From: Eledone cirrhosa
Taxonomy: Eukaryota
Length of the DNA: 64,000 nt
Reading direction: 5' to 3'
Assembly: GCA_964016885.1 (NCBI GenBank)
Contig: OZ024746.1
Location: 15,314,001-15,378,000 of the forward strand
Shown here: positions 59,748 to 64,000 of the stretch, in pieces
Position numbering within the stretch: position 1 is the stretch's first letter
Layout: each line of letters begins with the position of its first letter
Program-made: the position numbers and the translations under genes
Notes under the pieces: generated by a model
What the model saw: only the letters and a program-made list of their open reading frames with translations
What the model was told of the DNA's origin: nothing
The model's database searches: none

Positions 59748-60609
59748 ATTCCGAGTTGAACCGGAGGTAACCACAGTAAGTAAGGTACTGAATACATAGC
59801 AGAGTATAACAGTTTTAATATAGAAGAGCTTCTACAGGACTAGAACTGTTTCATTCGTGAGAAATCATCAGGCCATATATATGCGTGTGTGTGCGTGTGT
59901 GTAATTTACTGAAACAAAAAGCAAATTTCTTTGGGGTAAAATCTTATCTGTGTGAATTTTACGCTAAAAACAAACTGCTAATTCATTTATGGCGTTTTAC
60001 CATCTGTTTGTTTTCAGACTCTTTTTAAAGAACGAAAGAAAGCAAATACGAAAACTGGCTGCAATGCAACAAATATGACCGTCAAATACAATAAAAACAA
60101 CAACAACAGCAATAACAGCAACAACAACAAGAAGCAAAAAATCCGGTAGCTGCATCCAGCTGCTGAGGAAACATAAACTGTTCGTCATGAAGCGTGAATA
60201 AGTCTCAAGGACAGCTTGATGAAATAAAAGCTGGCTCCTTACTATAAAACAACTGTTAAACAGCAGCGGGCGAAAGATAGGGATAAGGCGAGGGATAGAG
60301 AACGAGAGAGTAAGAGGAGAGAGAGTGATAGTGGGATAGAGAGAGAGTGTGTGAGTGAGGGAAGGAGGAGAGAGAAGAGGAGAAGAGAGGGAAGGAGGAG
60401 AAGAGAGGAGGAGGAGAGAGAGGGAGGAGGAGACAGAGAGAGAAGGGGGCGCAATGTAAAGATATAGTGCATTCCATGTTGTGTCACATGCTCTTTCGTT
60501 ATAGTAACAGATTCCTGTAAAATGTTAACCATATTGCAAATCTATCTCCCTTGTGTATAAACAAGGACTTTCAGATATATTGCGCATATACTCCTTCTCT
60601 CTCTCCCTG

Positions 60610-60681
<72 letters not shown>

Positions 60682-60910
60682 AACGGAAAAAATGAAACGA
60701 AATTTGTCAGTGTTGAACAAACGAGCAACGATGGTTGCTAGACACTGTACGGCTTAATACGGGATGTTTGTTTACAAACACACCGAGCATTATAATAAAT
60801 GTTCGGTGAATCCATACGTACATATATATATGTGTGCATGTATGTATATATATATACATACTACTGTACGTCTGTATACATATATGTATGTACGTGTACA
60901 TACTTATATA

Positions 60911-60978
<68 letters not shown>

Positions 60979-61186
60979 CGAAGGAAATGTGGTAAGGAAC
61001 CAGGTGGACCATAACGCACCAAAGTACTCAATACTTAGGGTAGTAGAGTGGGTAATAGGAACCAGTAAGACCCCGACGGCTGAGCTCAAGCCGTTTCGAC
61101 GGCTAATTTTCGACGGCTAATTCTGGACTGAGTCCAGAATTACCCGTCGAAACGGCTTGAGCTCAGCCGTCGGGGTCTTACTGGTT

Positions 61187-61249
<63 letters not shown>

Positions 61250-61627
61250 GTATGTATGAAGAATGGTGTCCTCATACGCAGAGATACTATAAAATAGCTT
61301 ATTAAATACGGTGACGACCCTTAAAGACGGAAAGACGGAAAAAGAAGTTTCTATTCGCCGCTATGAGGAATCGAAACCTATATTTGCCAGATACCAGCTT
61401 TGCGCTTTGAACAATTATGTCAACCGTAACAACTCTAACAGTCTTAAGATAGCTGAATCACAGCTTTGAAATGTCAATAATATGTACACATTACGGACTG
61501 AGTTCAAATCCCGCCGAGGTTAACTTTGCCTTTCATCCTTACGGGGTCGATAAAATAAAGTACCAGTAATGCACTGGGTAATTGCTGGCCTTGTGCCAAA
61601 AGTAGAAACAATTATATATATATATAG

Positions 61628-61684
<57 letters not shown>

Positions 61685-62419
61685 ATATTTAGTTATGTTC
61701 ATACATGGGACAAAAGCGTTACCCAAGATTTCAAGACCCTATATTGACTATGCTTCCAAAATACAAGAGGCAGCAAATGTGTGACCTTTCTTCAGGTGCT
61801 TATATCAGTTTAATTTTAATTTCTGAAAAAAAATATAGTTACATCTTTATCTGATATATTGAGTAATTTACTTTAATTGTAGTTCCTTTCCATTCTTATT
61901 CGGAACACCATTCTACTATACCACCCACAATGATCAACCACAGCTCCTTTCTACCCAATAAAAACTTACATCGGATGATCAACACTTTTATTTATTCTAA
62001 CGGCAGAACACATTTCATAATCCTTCCCAACTAAATGTTCTCGATATATTCATAAATATTTATACATCTCTAGTATAGTGTAAATGTTTGTGGAAATATG
62101 AACCTAAGGGTTCGTTGGTAAACATGCAGACACAAGTTGTTTCTGTTTAAATATCTACTCAAAATTCTCACTCTCACTCTCTCTCTCATATATATATATA
62201 TATGAGAGAGAGAGTGAGAGTGAGAGAGAGAGAGAAAGAAAGATTGATAGAGAGATAGGGAGAGAGAGATAGACAGACAGACACATTTTTCCGCGAAAGA
62301 AATTTTAAATCACCATCCGTCTTATCGCTCAAAGGTCAGACTGTAATGTAGAGTGGTGTTTCACAGCTGTGTCCAGTACTTTCTAGAACCTCAGCCTCAT
62401 AATATAAAACTACTGCTAT

Positions 62420-62705
62420 AATCTATCTCCTTCTTCGTCCATTTATTTCTGAGAGGGTTGTGGAGACAGAGTCTTCATACACACCTTCTAGCTGGTCATG
62501 TCAGAAGCAACCGACCCCAATTGATCCGGGTGGATTCCAAAGGCGAGACCAATGGAGCTCATGGATGTTATCAAACCCTCTTGCTCGGGGTCTACCCCTG
62601 GCTCTTTAACCGGTTTGTTTCGTCCGTAAAATCTGTCCAGCGATTCTTTCCTCTGACATTCTAACCACATGTCCGTTATATCGAAGCTATGATCTCTCAA
62701 TTTGG
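62420..62705 (-). pseudogene. RTE-clade LINE extreme C-terminal fragment
   Basis: LRYNGHVVRMSEERI..RARGRPRAR..GIHPDQLGSVASD; homologous to 17830-18060. Confidence 0.7.
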
Positions 62706-62952
62706 TAGAGAGTCGGACAAAATTCTAATTCCCTCTTTTTACGTTCTAAGTTCAAATCTCACCGTGTTCAACATCCCTCATTCCAGCGTTGATAAAATAA
62801 AATACCAGTGAAGTACTGGGGTCTATATAATCAACTTTCCCCTCACGACAATTTGTGGGCCTTCTGGCTAAATTAAAAACTATTATTATTCATATTCACA
62901 CACTATTCAGTCTTCTTATATACTTAGAAGTGGAAGGATTGCTAATTTTTAC

Positions 62953-63016
62953 ATCTACTGATGAGCAGAAAGTTGGTGATTCCTTCGCTTAATAATTTGC
63001 GAAACCGTTCCTATAG
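62953..63016 (+). ncRNA. Degenerate hammerhead-like motif
   Basis: CTGATGA-GCAGA...TTTGC-GAA-ACCGTT-C; stem I weak. Confidence 0.4.
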
Positions 63017-63790
63017 CTGTCTAGGTATTTCAGGCAGTTGCCCAATATAGGTTTGTTTTTCTTTTTCTTGATTTATTACTTTAAATTAAGTTTGGCAAAC
63101 TATATTGTTATAGTTAGTATTCTTTTCACCCTAGTGAACCTGGTCCTTTACAATTCGAACACATGTATGTTTATATTTGTGTTTATCTCTCTTGTATATT
63201 CAATTATATTACAGAACTCAGAAAAAACTTCTTTCTTTGAGCTATTTAATTGTAAGAGACTATTTTGAGCTTCTAACTCAATATCTCATATATTTAATTA
63301 CATTACTTTATATTCTGAGTTCAATTTCTGCCAAGATCGCCTTTTTTTATTAATTTGCCAGGATCGATAAAATACTAGCCAACTAGTGCTAATCGATAAA
63401 ATCAATCACATCCGACACCAGATTTCTAGTCTAGTTACTATCATGGATATTTTTTATTAGTCAATGAAACAACTGTATGTCTCTCAAGAGAAAAATAACT
63501 TGGGTTTTGTGACAAAGTTATAAATCATTATAAATGATTGTAAAGGAGTCAACAGGCTTCACTTGATGAGGAAATGGTCGTATGTGGTGTGAGTCTCCAC
63601 TCTGACTAGTCTGATGAACTTCATTAGTAGATACTTGACAAGATTGTTCACTGAGCAACGGACAATGATTTGGTTTATTTTAAAATAGGAAAGAAAGACT
63701 TAAGCCAGATAAGTTATTGTCTCACTTTATAAGTGGGTAAATAAATGTTTTCTATGTCTCCTCTGAGTCTAGTTTCTCTCTATGTCACTG

Positions 63791-63839
<49 letters not shown>

Positions 63840-63848
63840 ATGTGTGTA

Positions 63849-63899
<51 letters not shown>

Positions 63900-63908
63900 A
63901 TGTGTGTA

Positions 63909-63957
<49 letters not shown>

Positions 63958-64000
63958 ATGTGTGTATCTTTCTCTCTCTCTTTCTCTCTCTCTCTTTCTC

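Noticed and set aside
63608-63640. CTGATGA as a hammerhead core (also 54885-54892, 22759-22765)
   Set aside because: No stem II-GAAA-stem III arrangement follows

Overview
Eukaryotic, very AT-rich non-coding DNA, most likely from a coleoid cephalopod (Octopus-like; inferred from the huge (TA)n/(CATA)n/(GA)n tracts and the SINE repertoire). No host protein-coding gene is supportable, and nearly all ORF-track entries are microsatellite artefacts. Real coding remnants are all retroelements: an uninterrupted 5'-truncated CR1/L2-group LINE RT (25843-28000, -), R4/Dong-type REL-endonuclease fragments (29951-31008, 55600-56075) and RTE-clade fragments (17830-18330, 62420-62705). There are also tRNA-derived SINEs, a hAT MITE and several minisatellites. 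The main hidden signal is self-cleaving RNA. About ten apparently unrelated short repeat families, mostly inserted in (TA)n and often folded back as inverted repeats, carry minimal type I hammerhead ribozyme (HHR) motifs of the Penelope-like element (PLE)/retrozyme type. The highlight is a near-perfect array of seven 466-bp units (35747-39351), each with an intact minus-strand HHR plus octamer and TATA-like motifs. Other families show U3-A8 and U10.1.U11.1 core variants, and a separate ~570-bp non-autonomous element appears to start with an HDV-like ribozyme. All RNA structures were folded by eye and are untested.
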